Shown one piece after another: positions 30,401-39,400 of a stretch of DNA of 64,000 bases. Source of the DNA: Spirochaetia bacterium (lineage in GTDB: Bacteria > Spirochaetota > Spirochaetia > SZUA-6 > Bin103); NCBI GenBank assembly GCA_965203515.1, contig OZ241907.1, positions 3,616,001 through 3,680,000 of the forward strand. The letters run 5' to 3'. The position numbers and the translations under genes were made by a program. Within the stretch, counting starts at the first letter, position 1. Each line of letters starts with the position of its first letter. Under the pieces are notes generated by a model, which saw only the letters and a list, made by a program, of their open reading frames with translations, was not told the DNA's origin and made no database searches.

Positions 30401-33400
30401 CACGGCGGAGCTCACCTTCGACATCGAGGTGTACGCCGACCTGTTGCCGAGCTTCGGCGACGCGACGCTCGCCGACCGGACGTGGACGCAGCGCCAGGCG
30501 ATCACCGCCTTCACCCTGCCGGCGGCCACCGGCGGCGACGGCGACCTGACCTATGCGCTGACGCCCGACCTGCCGGCCGGCGTGGTCCGCAACGCCGCGA
30601 CGCGCGAAGTTTCCGGGACGCCCAGCGCGGCGCTGGCCGCGACCACCTACACCTGGGCGGCGACGGACGCGGACGGCGACCAGGTGGAGCTGACGTTCAC
30701 CGCGGCCGTGGACGGCATCCCCACCTTCGGCGACGCGACCATCGCCGACGTGACGTGGACGAAGGGCAAGGCGATCGATGCCTTCACCCTGCCGGAGGCG
30801 GCGGGCGGCGACGGCCGGCTGACCTATACGCTGGCGCCCGATCCGCCCGGGGGCGTGGTCCGCGACACGACGACGCGCGAGGTTTCGGGCACGCCGACCG
30901 GGGGGCTGGCGCGGTCCGGGTTCCGGTGGAGAGTCCGGGACGAGGACGGGGACGAGGCGGTCCTCGAGTTCCACGTCACCATCGTCATACCGCCCGCGGT
31001 GACGCTGGCCCTCTCCGCCTCGACCATCGACGAGAGCGGGACCGCAAACACGGCGACGGTGACCGCGGCGCTCGACAAGGCGTCGAGCGCGGACACGACG
31101 GTGACGGTCGCCGCGGCCGCCGGGGCGAACGCCGCGGCCGGCGACTTCACGCTGAGTACGGCGAAGACGCTGACCATCGCCGCCGGGGCGACCACCAGCA
31201 CCGGGACGGTGACCATCGCCGCGGTCGACAATGCCAAGGACGAACACGACAAGAGCGTCATCGTCTCCGGGAGCGCGGCCAACGACGATCTGGTGACCGG
31301 CCCGGCGAACCTGACCTTGACGATCACCGACGACGACGCTGCGCCGACGGTGTCGATCTCCGCGGCGAGCGTGACCGAGGGGCCGGCGGGTTCGACCGCG
31401 ACGTTGGCGTTCCCGGTGAGTTTGAGCGCGGCGAGCGGCAAGCAGGTGACGGTCTCCTACGAAGAAGGAACCGGCGGCACCGCGACCGCGGGCACCGACT
31501 ACACGGCGTTGTCTCCCGGCTCCCTGACCATCGCCGCGGGGGAGACGAGCGGGACCATCGACGTATCGGTGACGGGCGACGGGGATGCCGAGCCGGACGA
31601 GACGGTGAAGGTGGTCCTGACCGGCTCGGTCAACGCCGCGCTGGGGACGGCGACGGGGACCGGCACGATCGTCGACGACGATCCTTCGGCGACGTCGGCG
31701 CTGGTGCTCACGCCTTCGACCATCGACGAGAGCGGGGCCGGCAACGAGGCGAGGGTGACGGCGACGTTGTCTCAGGCGGTGAACGGGGCGACGACGGTGA
31801 CGGTCTCGGCGGCGGCGGGAACCAACGCCGAGGCGGGCGACTTCACGTTGAGCACGGCGAAGACGCTGACCATCGCGGCGGGCGCGACCACCAGCACCGG
31901 GGCGGTGACGATCACGGCGGAGGACAACGCGGACGCCGAGCTCGACAAGTCGGTTACCGTTTCGGGAACCGTGGACAACGGCAACGTGAGCGCCCCGGAC
32001 GCCGTGACGTTGATGATCGCCGACGACGACCGGCCGCCGACGCCGACGCTGTTCATCGACGCGCCCAAGGTCGCCGAGGGCGGGCCCGGCGATCCTTCGA
32101 AGTCGAACTCGCTGACCTGGACGGTGACGTTGACGCCGGCGAGCGACCGGGAGGTGCGGGTCTCGATCGCGCTCGACCAGGAGGCCGGCACGGCGACGGC
32201 GGGGACCTACCGGCGCGCCGCGGAGGGAGCGGACCACGGATTTCTGCCGCGGCCGCAACTGACGTTCTCGCCGGGGGAGACCGGCAAGAAGATATCGGTG
32301 TCGGTGCACGGCGACTCGACGGTGGAGCCGGACGAGACGGTGGTCGTGGTGCTGAGCGACCCGGTCAACGCGGAGCTGGGCGACACGTCCGGGACCGGCA
32401 CGATCCTCGACGACGATGCGCCCACGGTGGCGCTGGCGGTGGCGGACTCGTCGATCGCCGAGGCCGGCGGTACGACGGCGGTGACGGCGACGCTGAGCCA
32501 CCCGTCCGGCGCGGTGACGACCGTGACGGTGACGGCGGTGGACGGGGCGTACACGGTGGGGACCGACGCGACGATCACGATCGCGGCGGGAGCGACGTCG
32601 AACGCGGCGGACGCGGTGACGATCACGGCGGTCGACGACGACGTGGACAACGTGGGCGACCGGTCGGTGACGGTGACGGGGACGGCGGCCAACACGGAGG
32701 GCGTGGGGACGGTGACCGGAGCTGCGCTGACGCTGACCGACGACGAGGCGACGCCGGAGGCGGCGCTGGTGCTGAGCGCCGAGACGATCGACGAGCACGA
32801 CGGGACCGACCCGGGGGTGAGTGCGGTGACCGCGGTGCTGAACCGGGCGTCGAGCAAGGCGGTGACGCTGACGGTGGCCGCGGCGCCGGGGACGAACGCC
32901 GTCGCCGGGGACTTCAGCCTGTCGAGCACGAAGACGCTGACCATCGCGGCGGGAGAGACGGCGAGCACCAGCAGGGTGACGATCGGGTCGGGGGCTACCG
33001 CGGGCGCCGTGACGGTGACGGCGGTCGATGACACGACGGACGCGCCGGACAAGGAAGTGACGGTAACGGCGGCGGTGGGCGGGGACAGCGGAATAGCGGC
33101 CCCGCCGAGCGTGACGCTGACGATCGAGGACGACGAAGCGGCGCCGGGGGTGACGCTGGCGGTGGCGGACTCGTCGATCGCGGAGGACGGCGGAACGACG
33201 ACGGTGACGGCGACGCTGAGCCACGCGTCGAGCGCGGCGACCACGGTGACGGTGACGGCGGTCGACGGGTCGTACACGGTCGGCGATGACGCGACGATCG
33301 AGATCGCGGCGGGAGAGACGGCGAACGCGGCGGACACGGTGACGATCACGGCGGTAGACGACGACGTGGACAACGTGGGCGACCGGTCGGTGACGGTGAG

Positions 33401-36400
33401 CGGGACGGCGCAGAACGGCCAGGGCGTGGGGACGGTGACCGGAGCGGCGCTGACGCTGACCGACGACGAGGAGACGCCGACCGCGACGCTGGTGTTGAGC
33501 GCTGAGACGATCGACGAACACGACGGGACGAATCCGGGGTCGGCGACGGTGACGGCGAGTCTGGACCGGGCGTCGAGCGAGGCGGTGACGCTGACGGTGG
33601 CCGCGGCGGCGGGGACGAACGCGGCGGCGGGCGACTTCAGCTTGTCGGACGCCACGACGTTGACGGTCGCGGCCGGAGTGACCAGCAGCACCGGCACGGT
33701 GACGGTGACGGCGGTCGATGACACGACGGACGCGCCGGACAAGGAAGTGACGGTAACGGCGACGGTGAGCGGAGACAGCGGGATAGCGGCCCCGGCGAGC
33801 GTGACGCTGACGATCGAGGACGACGAGGCGGCGCCGGGGGTGACGCTGGCGGTGGCGGACTCGTCGGTCGCGGAGGACGGCGGAACGACGACGGTGACGG
33901 CGACGCTGAGCCATGCGTCGAGCGCCGCGACCACGGTGACGGTGACGGCGGTCGACGGGGCGTACACGGTGGGGCCGGACGCGACGATAGAGATCGCGTC
34001 GGGAGAGACGGCGAACGCGGCGGACACGGTGACGATCACGGCGGTGGACGACGACGTGGACAACGTGGGCGACCGGTCGGTGACGGTGAGCGGGACGGCG
34101 CAGAACGGCCAGGGCGTGGGGACGGTGACCGGAGCGGCGCTGACGCTGACCGACGACGAGGCGACGCCGACCACGACGCTGGTGTTGAGCGCTGAGACGA
34201 TCGACGAACACGACGGGACGAATCCGGGGTCGGCGACGGTGACGGCGAGTCTGGACCGGGCGTCGAGCGAGGCGGTGACGCTGACGGTGGCTGCGGCGGC
34301 GGGGACGAACGCAGCGGCGGGCGACTTCAGCTTGTCGGACGCCACGACGTTGACGGTCGCGGCCGGAGCGACCAGCAGCACCGGCACGGTGACGGTGACG
34401 GCGGTCGATGACACGACGGACGCGCCGGACAAGGAAGTGACGGTATCGGCGGCGGTGAGCGGGGGCAGCGGGATAGCGGCCCCGGCGAGCGTAACGCTGA
34501 CGATCGAGGACGACGAAGCGGCGCCGGGGGTGACGCTGGCGGTGGCGGACTCGTCGATCGCGGAGGACGGCGGAACGACGACGGTGACGGCGACGCTGAG
34601 CCACGCGTCGAGCGCGGCGACCACGGTGACGGTGACGGCGGTCGACGGGTCGTACACGGTCGGCGAGGACGCGACGATAGAGATCGCGGCGGGAGAGACG
34701 GCGAACGCGGCGGACACGGTGACGATCACGGCGGTGAACGACGACGTGGACAACGTTGGCGACCGGTCGGTGACGGTGACGGGGACGGCGCAGAACAGCC
34801 AGGGCGCCGGGACGGTGACCGGAGCGGCGCTGACGCTGACCGACGACGAAGCGACGCCGACCGCGACGCTGGCGTTGAGTGCTGAGACGATCGACGAGCA
34901 CGACGGGACGAATCCGGGGAAGGCGACGGTGACGGCGAGTCTGGACCGGGCGTCGAGCGAGGCGGTGACGCTGACGGTGGCAGCGGCGGCGGGGACGAAC
35001 GCGGCGGCGGGCGATTTCAGCCTGTCGAGCACCACGACGTTGACGGTCGCGGCGGGCGCGACCAGCAGCACCGGCACGGTGACGGTGACGGCGGTCGATA
35101 ACACGGTCGACGCGCCGGACAAGGAAGTGACGGTAACGGCGGCGGTGAGCGGGGACAGCGGGATAGCGGCCCCCGCGAGCGTGACGCTGACGATCGAGGA
35201 CGACGAAGCGGCGCCTGGGGTGACGCTGGCGGTGGCCGACACCTCGATCGCGGAGGACGGCGGCACGACGACGGTGACCGCCACGCTCAGCCACGCGTCG
35301 AGCGCGGCGACGACGATCACGGTGACGGCGGTGGACGGGTCGTACACGGTCGGCGAGGACGCGACGATCGAGATCGCGTCGGGAGAGACGGCGAACGCGG
35401 CGGACAGCGTGACGATCACGGCGGTGAACGACGACGTGGACAACGTGGGCGACCGGTCGGTGACGGTGACGGGGACGGCGCAGAACAGCCAGGGCGTGGG
35501 GACGGTGACCGGAGCGGCGCTGACGCTGACCGACGACGAGGCGACGCCGACGGCGACGCTGGCCCTGAGCGCTGAGACGATCGACGAGCACGACGGGACG
35601 AATCCGGGGCAGGCGACGGTGACGGCGAGTCTGGACCGGGCGTCGAGCGAGGCGGTGACGCTGACGGTGGCTGCGGCGGCGGGGACGAACGCGGCGGCGG
35701 GCGACTTCAGCCTGTCGAGCACCACGACGTTGACGGTCGCGGCGGGCGCGACCAGCAGCACCGGCACGGTGACGGTGACGGCGGTCGACAACACGGTCGA
35801 CGCGCCGGACAAGGAAGTGACGGTAACGGCGGCGGTGAGCGGGGACAGCGGGATAGCGGCCCCGGCGAGCGTGACGCTGACGATCGAGGATGACGAAGCG
35901 GCGCCTGGGGTGACGCTGGCGGTGACCGACTCGTCGATCGCGGAGGACGGCGGAACGACGACGGTGACGGCGACGCTGAGCCATGCGTCGAGCGTGGCGA
36001 CGACGATCACCGTGCAGCCGGTGACGGGTGCCTACACGGTCGGGTCGGACGCGACGATCGAGATCGGGGCGGGAGAGACGGCGAACGCGTCGGACACAGT
36101 GACGATCACGGCGGTGAACGACGACGTGGACAACGTCGGCGACCGTTCGGTGACGGTGAGCGGGACGGCGCAGAACAGCCAGGGCGCCGGTACGGTGACC
36201 GGAGCAGCGCTGACGCTGACCGACGACGAAGCGACGCCGACGGCGACGCTGGCGCTGAGCGCTGAGACGATCGACGAGCACGACGGGACGAATCCGGGGA
36301 AGGCGATGGTGACGGCGAGTCTGAACCGTGCGTCGAGCGACGGTGACGCTGACGGTGGCAGCGGCCGCGGGAACGAACGCGGCGGCAAGCGACTTCAGCG

Positions 36401-36419
36401 TCGAGCACGAAGACGTTGA
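21444..36419 (+). CDS. Giant surface protein, 5' part: signal peptide, putative-Ig domains, 16 variable-loop beta modules, Calx-beta domains, start of the repeat stalk
   Basis: Sec-type signal (MKRR...VAVLALLSSALPAAG). 11 PSFG...LPxATGGDG...ATDADGD domains, 16 modules ending YTV...DxDxDGI...HKV, 2 Calx-beta-like domains. Ends in an out-of-frame tail at the indel cluster. The start may be ATG 21450. Confidence 0.9.
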   Translation: MEMKRRVTGTTDGTLLAMGVAVLALLSSALPAAGQTGPPAVTGTAPSFGTATVESRLYDTGTAITPIVLPEATGGDGTVSYTLAPAKLPRGLTWTASTRTIAGTPAAVTAAATYTWTATDADGDTATLTFSMRVWAPAGPAIDRVELLVPAVNQVPIHNYRSGQTIHLLVRYPEKMAVTGTPQLTLVIGDKQRKAGYDATRTAGLRRLQADATYDRLFFAYTVRPDDFDGDGIAVPADALSLNGGTIRAADDAADAKLSLGTHAIASGDATSVKMRVRDTAPSFSGAASAANRSLAKDAATATTLPLATGGDGALTYRISPALPRGLSLASASPKITGTPTVAGATTHTLTATDADGDRAALGPFTVTVVDGAPAVSGVAIVSKPYANATYGLGEVIRAAVSFDRNLTWTNISRSRLSLDVGGNTREARYQRFLGNALFYEYTVQAADRDADGIGIGTDALALNGATITDSATGVPAVTVLGTHAVANAAAHKVDGSVATPLAVKSVRIESSPASSDGYDVGEVIKARVTFSRPVRINGSPRLALTIGANTRQAAAGPYSGPATQLYWDSMLFSYTVTAQDRDSNGIGIGASALTLNGATIRDAGGATPSLGLGTRAIADDSAHKVHTPPRIAGVSIISGPGANGTYDAGETITVEFSWSEQVIFGGGNGGEPQVALTIGANTRRVHRDQAAVSRGHWYRYSYTVTASDQDLDGISVGANALTLPAGVRLYALNDNERADLSLGTHAITNDSGHTVRDSQPSFAAAAARRYLLNAAVSDQLPAAAGGDGTVAYTLTGPGAATSLSLPDGLVWSAATRTISGTPTAAAAAASYTLTATDGDSDSAAYVFALSVTSDPVVSGVRITSSPASGGAYRAGETITAEVTFDQTLTVTGTPRLAIAVGAATRQASGSHTAGESRISFSYTAATDDKDTDGISIAAGALTLNGATIRNAKGEDARLGLGAHAVAAQTGHKVSAPPRVTGVRLLTTNLRCCWGVRPAGWEDSRQTDENLYPPSLVLAAVTFDQVVTVTGAPNVALTIGANTRQATWNAFLSRLLHPTANPHGAEDINVIAFYYELQASDFDGDGIGAAANALTLNGGTIRDAEGEDAALGLGSHAIANEARLRVADTAPSFAAAEDRRYLLNLRANDRLPAATGDGALTYALTGPGAATTLSLPRGLSWNAAARTISGTPTSAAAAAAYVLTATDADGDTGTLVFAISVVTDPVVSGVSVTSSPAVGDAYAAGETITVDVTFDQPVTVTGAPELALTIGSKLRQATVSPAANGRAVSFSYPVATDDRDTDGISITGSALTIAGATIRNAKGENARLGLGGHAVVGAAGHKVSTPPRVAQVNLYTTDLKCCWSTHDAGWADPRQTERNRFAPAVVWAAVTFDQALVRAGTGRPSLALTIGGATRQAAFDRYLSRQTARMLGKSNSQVLAFFYTLQPSDFDGDGIGVAAGALTLPAGTTLRDAQGEAAVLGLGTHAIANDPNYRVADTSPSFGTAAVRPQHWVVGTAASLTLPAAAGDGAVSHALTPAQRPSWLKFDAATRVLSGTPPAAAAAAARTGYTWTATDVDGDSTALTFTLTVAAANAPKVAEVKFLSSPAAHAMYAPGSAIEAGVKFDKPVSVRGTPTLALDVGGAARQANYTALRNGYLVFSYTVRQADYDTDGVSIGAGALAAPARGGIFDKANAAVAALGLGSHAIANASGHKVGSPPRVTGVSIHSTPPQAGTYTRGSTVTVQVDFDQTVTVTGTPQLALTIGGATRQASAMAESGAGVSRSRVRFSYTVAAADADTDGLGVAAAALTLNGGAIRDLDGQDAVPGLGSHARTAFANAKVDGSRTGLWPDFGSAASPALSLIAGTTATHALPTAAGGDTPLRYTVSPGLPAGLSVNASTAVLSGAPRTESPQTDYTLTATDANGDAATLAFTLKVLGSRPVVSGVSIASTPLAGDTYGASEVILVDVTFERTGTGAMTVRGAPRLAIAVGAAARQASFLSVSGATLRFRYTAQAEDRDTDGIAVAADALALNGGLIRDAASNNAILGLGRHALAAAPAHKVDGSAGRAPAVAGVRMISAPASGFVYTLGETIEVAVRFDQAVGVSGTPNLALTLGSATARAAWNRAGASPTTHIFRHVVQAADRDADGLSIGASALALGGGTIRNVRGRDAALGLGSHALGNQRAHKVDGSKNPAPLVTGVSLRSFQRDGWYDHGEVVEARVTFNKAVTVTGSPQLAIAIGATTRQASLHAASGARVDFRYTVQDGDHDTDGLSIGAGALALNGGTIRNNGVDAALGLGSHALGSQAAHKVDGRMAKVTGVTIETTPAGSAGYGAGEEIRVRVDFDLALGNYQGSRLALTIGDDTRQATFAYARRDHGLPVGNRNRLYYTYTVRTTDRDADGLSIAANALSGTIRRRDGNPARMDLGSHARGAQAAHKVTGAVVTPRVTSISINGPLNGVTFGLGEKIMVTLEFNAPVAASRGAHLALTVGNATHRLNALGVGNRIYKSNYGFRYVVRASDRDADGIGIAADGLTLPQGGTLRSAVGVDAALGLPAAPVRIVDGSHNPPAKGTPVLAGRARHDTFRAGESFDVVVFWSKPVTITGTPTLAMQVGSVTRRLRLVSGGGTQAVFRYTVRHDDRDPDGVSIAADALRLEGASITGPGGKAAELRLTKSIVNDASFKIGSAARPTPTFGAAVVPARDWTVGVPVNFTLPPATDGSGTLRYTLLGPSGMPGQYRPAYLWLPPGLRYTAPANHTLSGGTISGTISGHTPTDDDMNGHTWRLTATDADADTATLDFLARIVPDRTPSFGDAAIDDQTWIENAAITAFDLPEATGGNGDLTYTLAPALPGGVSRAGRRVSGAPGAAMARTQYTWTATDADGDQAALTFHVTVAADRAPSFGEATISDLSWLQGSPITEVTLPEATGGNAPLTYGIATPGSTQVGTQGLPQGIELDGRVLKGTPTEVQESSDVDYAWLVVDADGDTAELTFDIEVYADLLPSFGDATLADRTWTQRQAITAFTLPAATGGDGDLTYALTPDLPAGVVRNAATREVSGTPSAALAATTYTWAATDADGDQVELTFTAAVDGIPTFGDATIADVTWTKGKAIDAFTLPEAAGGDGRLTYTLAPDPPGGVVRDTTTREVSGTPTGGLARSGFRWRVRDEDGDEAVLEFHVTIVIPPAVTLALSASTIDESGTANTATVTAALDKASSADTTVTVAAAAGANAAAGDFTLSTAKTLTIAAGATTSTGTVTIAAVDNAKDEHDKSVIVSGSAANDDLVTGPANLTLTITDDDAAPTVSISAASVTEGPAGSTATLAFPVSLSAASGKQVTVSYEEGTGGTATAGTDYTALSPGSLTIAAGETSGTIDVSVTGDGDAEPDETVKVVLTGSVNAALGTATGTGTIVDDDPSATSALVLTPSTIDESGAGNEARVTATLSQAVNGATTVTVSAAAGTNAEAGDFTLSTAKTLTIAAGATTSTGAVTITAEDNADAELDKSVTVSGTVDNGNVSAPDAVTLMIADDDRPPTPTLFIDAPKVAEGGPGDPSKSNSLTWTVTLTPASDREVRVSIALDQEAGTATAGTYRRAAEGADHGFLPRPQLTFSPGETGKKISVSVHGDSTVEPDETVVVVLSDPVNAELGDTSGTGTILDDDAPTVALAVADSSIAEAGGTTAVTATLSHPSGAVTTVTVTAVDGAYTVGTDATITIAAGATSNAADAVTITAVDDDVDNVGDRSVTVTGTAANTEGVGTVTGAALTLTDDEATPEAALVLSAETIDEHDGTDPGVSAVTAVLNRASSKAVTLTVAAAPGTNAVAGDFSLSSTKTLTIAAGETASTSRVTIGSGATAGAVTVTAVDDTTDAPDKEVTVTAAVGGDSGIAAPPSVTLTIEDDEAAPGVTLAVADSSIAEDGGTTTVTATLSHASSAATTVTVTAVDGSYTVGDDATIEIAAGETANAADTVTITAVDDDVDNVGDRSVTVSGTAQNGQGVGTVTGAALTLTDDEETPTATLVLSAETIDEHDGTNPGSATVTASLDRASSEAVTLTVAAAAGTNAAAGDFSLSDATTLTVAAGVTSSTGTVTVTAVDDTTDAPDKEVTVTATVSGDSGIAAPASVTLTIEDDEAAPGVTLAVADSSVAEDGGTTTVTATLSHASSAATTVTVTAVDGAYTVGPDATIEIASGETANAADTVTITAVDDDVDNVGDRSVTVSGTAQNGQGVGTVTGAALTLTDDEATPTTTLVLSAETIDEHDGTNPGSATVTASLDRASSEAVTLTVAAAAGTNAAAGDFSLSDATTLTVAAGATSSTGTVTVTAVDDTTDAPDKEVTVSAAVSGGSGIAAPASVTLTIEDDEAAPGVTLAVADSSIAEDGGTTTVTATLSHASSAATTVTVTAVDGSYTVGEDATIEIAAGETANAADTVTITAVNDDVDNVGDRSVTVTGTAQNSQGAGTVTGAALTLTDDEATPTATLALSAETIDEHDGTNPGKATVTASLDRASSEAVTLTVAAAAGTNAAAGDFSLSSTTTLTVAAGATSSTGTVTVTAVDNTVDAPDKEVTVTAAVSGDSGIAAPASVTLTIEDDEAAPGVTLAVADTSIAEDGGTTTVTATLSHASSAATTITVTAVDGSYTVGEDATIEIASGETANAADSVTITAVNDDVDNVGDRSVTVTGTAQNSQGVGTVTGAALTLTDDEATPTATLALSAETIDEHDGTNPGQATVTASLDRASSEAVTLTVAAAAGTNAAAGDFSLSSTTTLTVAAGATSSTGTVTVTAVDNTVDAPDKEVTVTAAVSGDSGIAAPASVTLTIEDDEAAPGVTLAVTDSSIAEDGGTTTVTATLSHASSVATTITVQPVTGAYTVGSDATIEIGAGETANASDTVTITAVNDDVDNVGDRSVTVSGTAQNSQGAGTVTGAALTLTDDEATPTATLALSAETIDEHDGTNPGKAMVTASLNRASSDGDADGGSGRGNERGGKRLQRRARRR

Positions 36420-39400
36420 GCATCGCCGCGGGAGCGACTGACGGTGACGGTGACGGCGGTCGACAACACGGCGGACGCGCCGGACAAGGAAGTGACGGTG
36501 ACGGCGGCGGTGAGCGGGGACAGCGGTATAGCGGACCCGGCGAGCGTGACGCTGACGATCGAGGACGATGAAGCAGCGCCGGGCGTGACGCTGGCGGTCG
36601 CCGACAGTGCGATCGCCGAGAATGGCGGAACGACGACGGTGACGGCGACGCTGAGCCATGCGTCGAGCGTGGCGACGACGATCACCGTGCAGCCGGTGAC
36701 GGGTGCCTACACGGTCGGGTCGGACGCGACGATCGAGATCGGGGCGGGAGAGACGGCGAACGCGGCGGACACGGTGACGATCACGGCGGTGAACGACGAC
36801 GTGGACAACGTGGGCAACCGCACGGTAACGGTGACGGGGACGGCGCAGAACAGCCAGGGCGCCGGGACGGTGACCGGAGCAAGCCTCACCCTCACGGACG
36901 ACGAGGCGACGCCGACGGCGACATTGGTGCTGAGCGCTGAGACGATCGACGAGCACGACGGGACGAATCCGGGGAAGGCGACGGTGACGGCGACGTTGAA
37001 CCGGGCGTCGAGCGAGGCGGTGACGCTGACGGTGGCTGCGGCGGCGGGGACGAACGCGGCGGTTGGCGACTTCAGCCTGTCGGGCACGAAGACGTTGAGC
37101 ATCGCCGCCGGAGCGACCAGCAGCACCGGAACGGTGACGGTGACGGCGGTCGATAACACGACGGACGCGCCGGACAAGGAAGTGACGGTGACGGCGGCGG
37201 TGAGCGGGGACAGCGGAATAGCGGCCCCCGCGAGCGTGACGCTGACGATCGAGGACGACGAAGCGGCGCCTGGGGTGACGTTGGCGCTGGCCGACAGCGC
37301 GATCAACGAGAACGGCGGTACGACGACGGTGACGGCGACGCTCTCGCATGCATCGAGCGCGACGACGACGATCACGGTGACGGCGGTGACGGGCGCCTAC
37401 ACCGTGGGGTCAGACGCGACGATCACGATCGCGGCGGGAGAGACGGCGAACGCGGCGGACAGCGTGACGATCACGGCGGAGAACGACGCGATCAACAACG
37501 TCGGCGGCCCGACGGTGACGGTGGGCGGGACGGCGAAGAACAGCCATGGCGTGGGGACGGTGACGGGAGCGAGGCTCGCCCTCACGGGGACGATGGTGCT
37601 GGATCGTGAGACGGGCGGAGCGGCGCCTGGGGTGACGCTGGCGGTGGCCGACAGCGCGATCGCGGAGAATGGCGGAACGACGACGGTGACGGCGACGCTG
37701 AGCCATGCGTCGAGCGCGGTGACCACGGTGACGGTGACGGCGGTGGACGGGTCGTACATGGTCGGCGATGACGTGACGATCACGATCGGGGCGGGAGAGA
37801 CGGCGAACACGGCGGACACGGCGACGATCACGGCGGTGAACGACGACGTGGACAACGTTGGCGACCGGTCAGTGACGGTGAGCGGAACTGCGCAGAACAG
37901 CCAGGGCGTAGGAACCGTGACGGGAGCAAGCCTCACCCTCACGGACGACGAGGCGACGCCGACGGTGACGCTGGCCCTGAGCGCTGAGACGATCGACGAG
38001 CACGACGGGGCGAATCCGGGGAAGGCGACGGTGACGGCGACGTTGAACCGAGCGTCGAGCGAGGCGGTGACGCTGACGGTGGCTGCGGCGGCCGGGACGA
38101 ACGCGGCGGCGGGCGACTTCAGCCTGTCGAGCACGAAGACGCTGAGCATCGCCGCCGGGGCGACCAGCAGCACCGGGACGGTGACGGTGACGGTGGTCGA
38201 TGACACGATCGACGCGCCGGACAAGGAAGTGACGGTAACGGCGGCGGTGAGCGGGGACAGCGGGATAGCGGCCCCGGCGGCGAAGACGCTGACGATCGAG
38301 GACGACGAGGCGGCGCCTGGGGTGACGCTGGCGGTGGCGGACTCGTCGGTCGCGGAGGACGGCGGAACGACGACGGTGACCGCCACGCTCAGCCACGCGT
38401 CAAGCGCGGCGACGACGATCACGGTACAGCCGGTGTCAGGCGCCTACACGGTGGGCGAGGCCGCGACGATCGAGATCGCGGCGGGCGAGACGGCGAACGC
38501 GTCGGACACAGTGACGATCGCGGCGGTGGACGACGACGTGGACAACGTCGGCGACCGGTCGGTGACGGTGAGCGGAACGGCGCAGAACGGTCAGGGCGTG
38601 GGAACAGTGACCGGAGCAAGCCTCACCCTCACCGACGACGAGGCGACGCCGACGGCGACGCTGGCGCTGAGCGCTGAGACGATCGACGAGCACGACGGGT
38701 CGGTCACTGGGTCGGCGACGGTGACGGCGAGTCTGAACCGAGCGTCGAGCGAGGCGGTGACGCTGACGGTGACTGCGGCGGCCGGGACGAACGCAGTGGC
38801 GGGCGATTTCAGCCTGTCGAGCACGAAGACGTTGAGCATCGCCGCCGGGGCGACCAGCAGCACCGGCACGGTGACGGTGACGGCGGTCGATGACACGACG
38901 GACGCGCCGGACAAGGAAGTGACGGTAACGGCGGCAGTGAGCGGGAACAGCGGGATAGCGGCCCCGGCGAGCGTGACGCTGACGATCGAGGACGACGAGG
39001 CGGCGCCGGGCGTGACGCTGGCGGTCGCCGACAGCGCGATCGCCGAGAACGGCGGAACGACGACGGTGACCGCCACGCTCAGCCACGCGTCAAGCGCCGC
39101 GACGACGATCACCGTACAGCCGGTGACAGGCGCCTACACGGTCGGCGAGGACGCGACGATCACGATCGCGGCAGGAGAGACGGCGAACACGGCGGACAGC
39201 GTGACGATCACGGCGGTGAACGACGACGTGGACAACGTGGGCAACCGTTCGGTGACGGTGAGCGGAACGGCGCAGAACGGCCAGGGCGTGGGGACGGTGA
39301 CCGGAGCAGCGCTGACGCTGACCGACGACGAGGCGACGCCGACGGCGACGCTGGCGCTGAGCGCTGAGACGATCGACGAGCACGACGGGACGAATCCGGG

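Noticed and set aside
36417..36419. Selenocysteine or stop read-through joining the two giant ORFs
   Set aside because: The ~100 nt around the TGA are out of register with the repeat consensus because of indels, so the TGA is a frameshift by-product.
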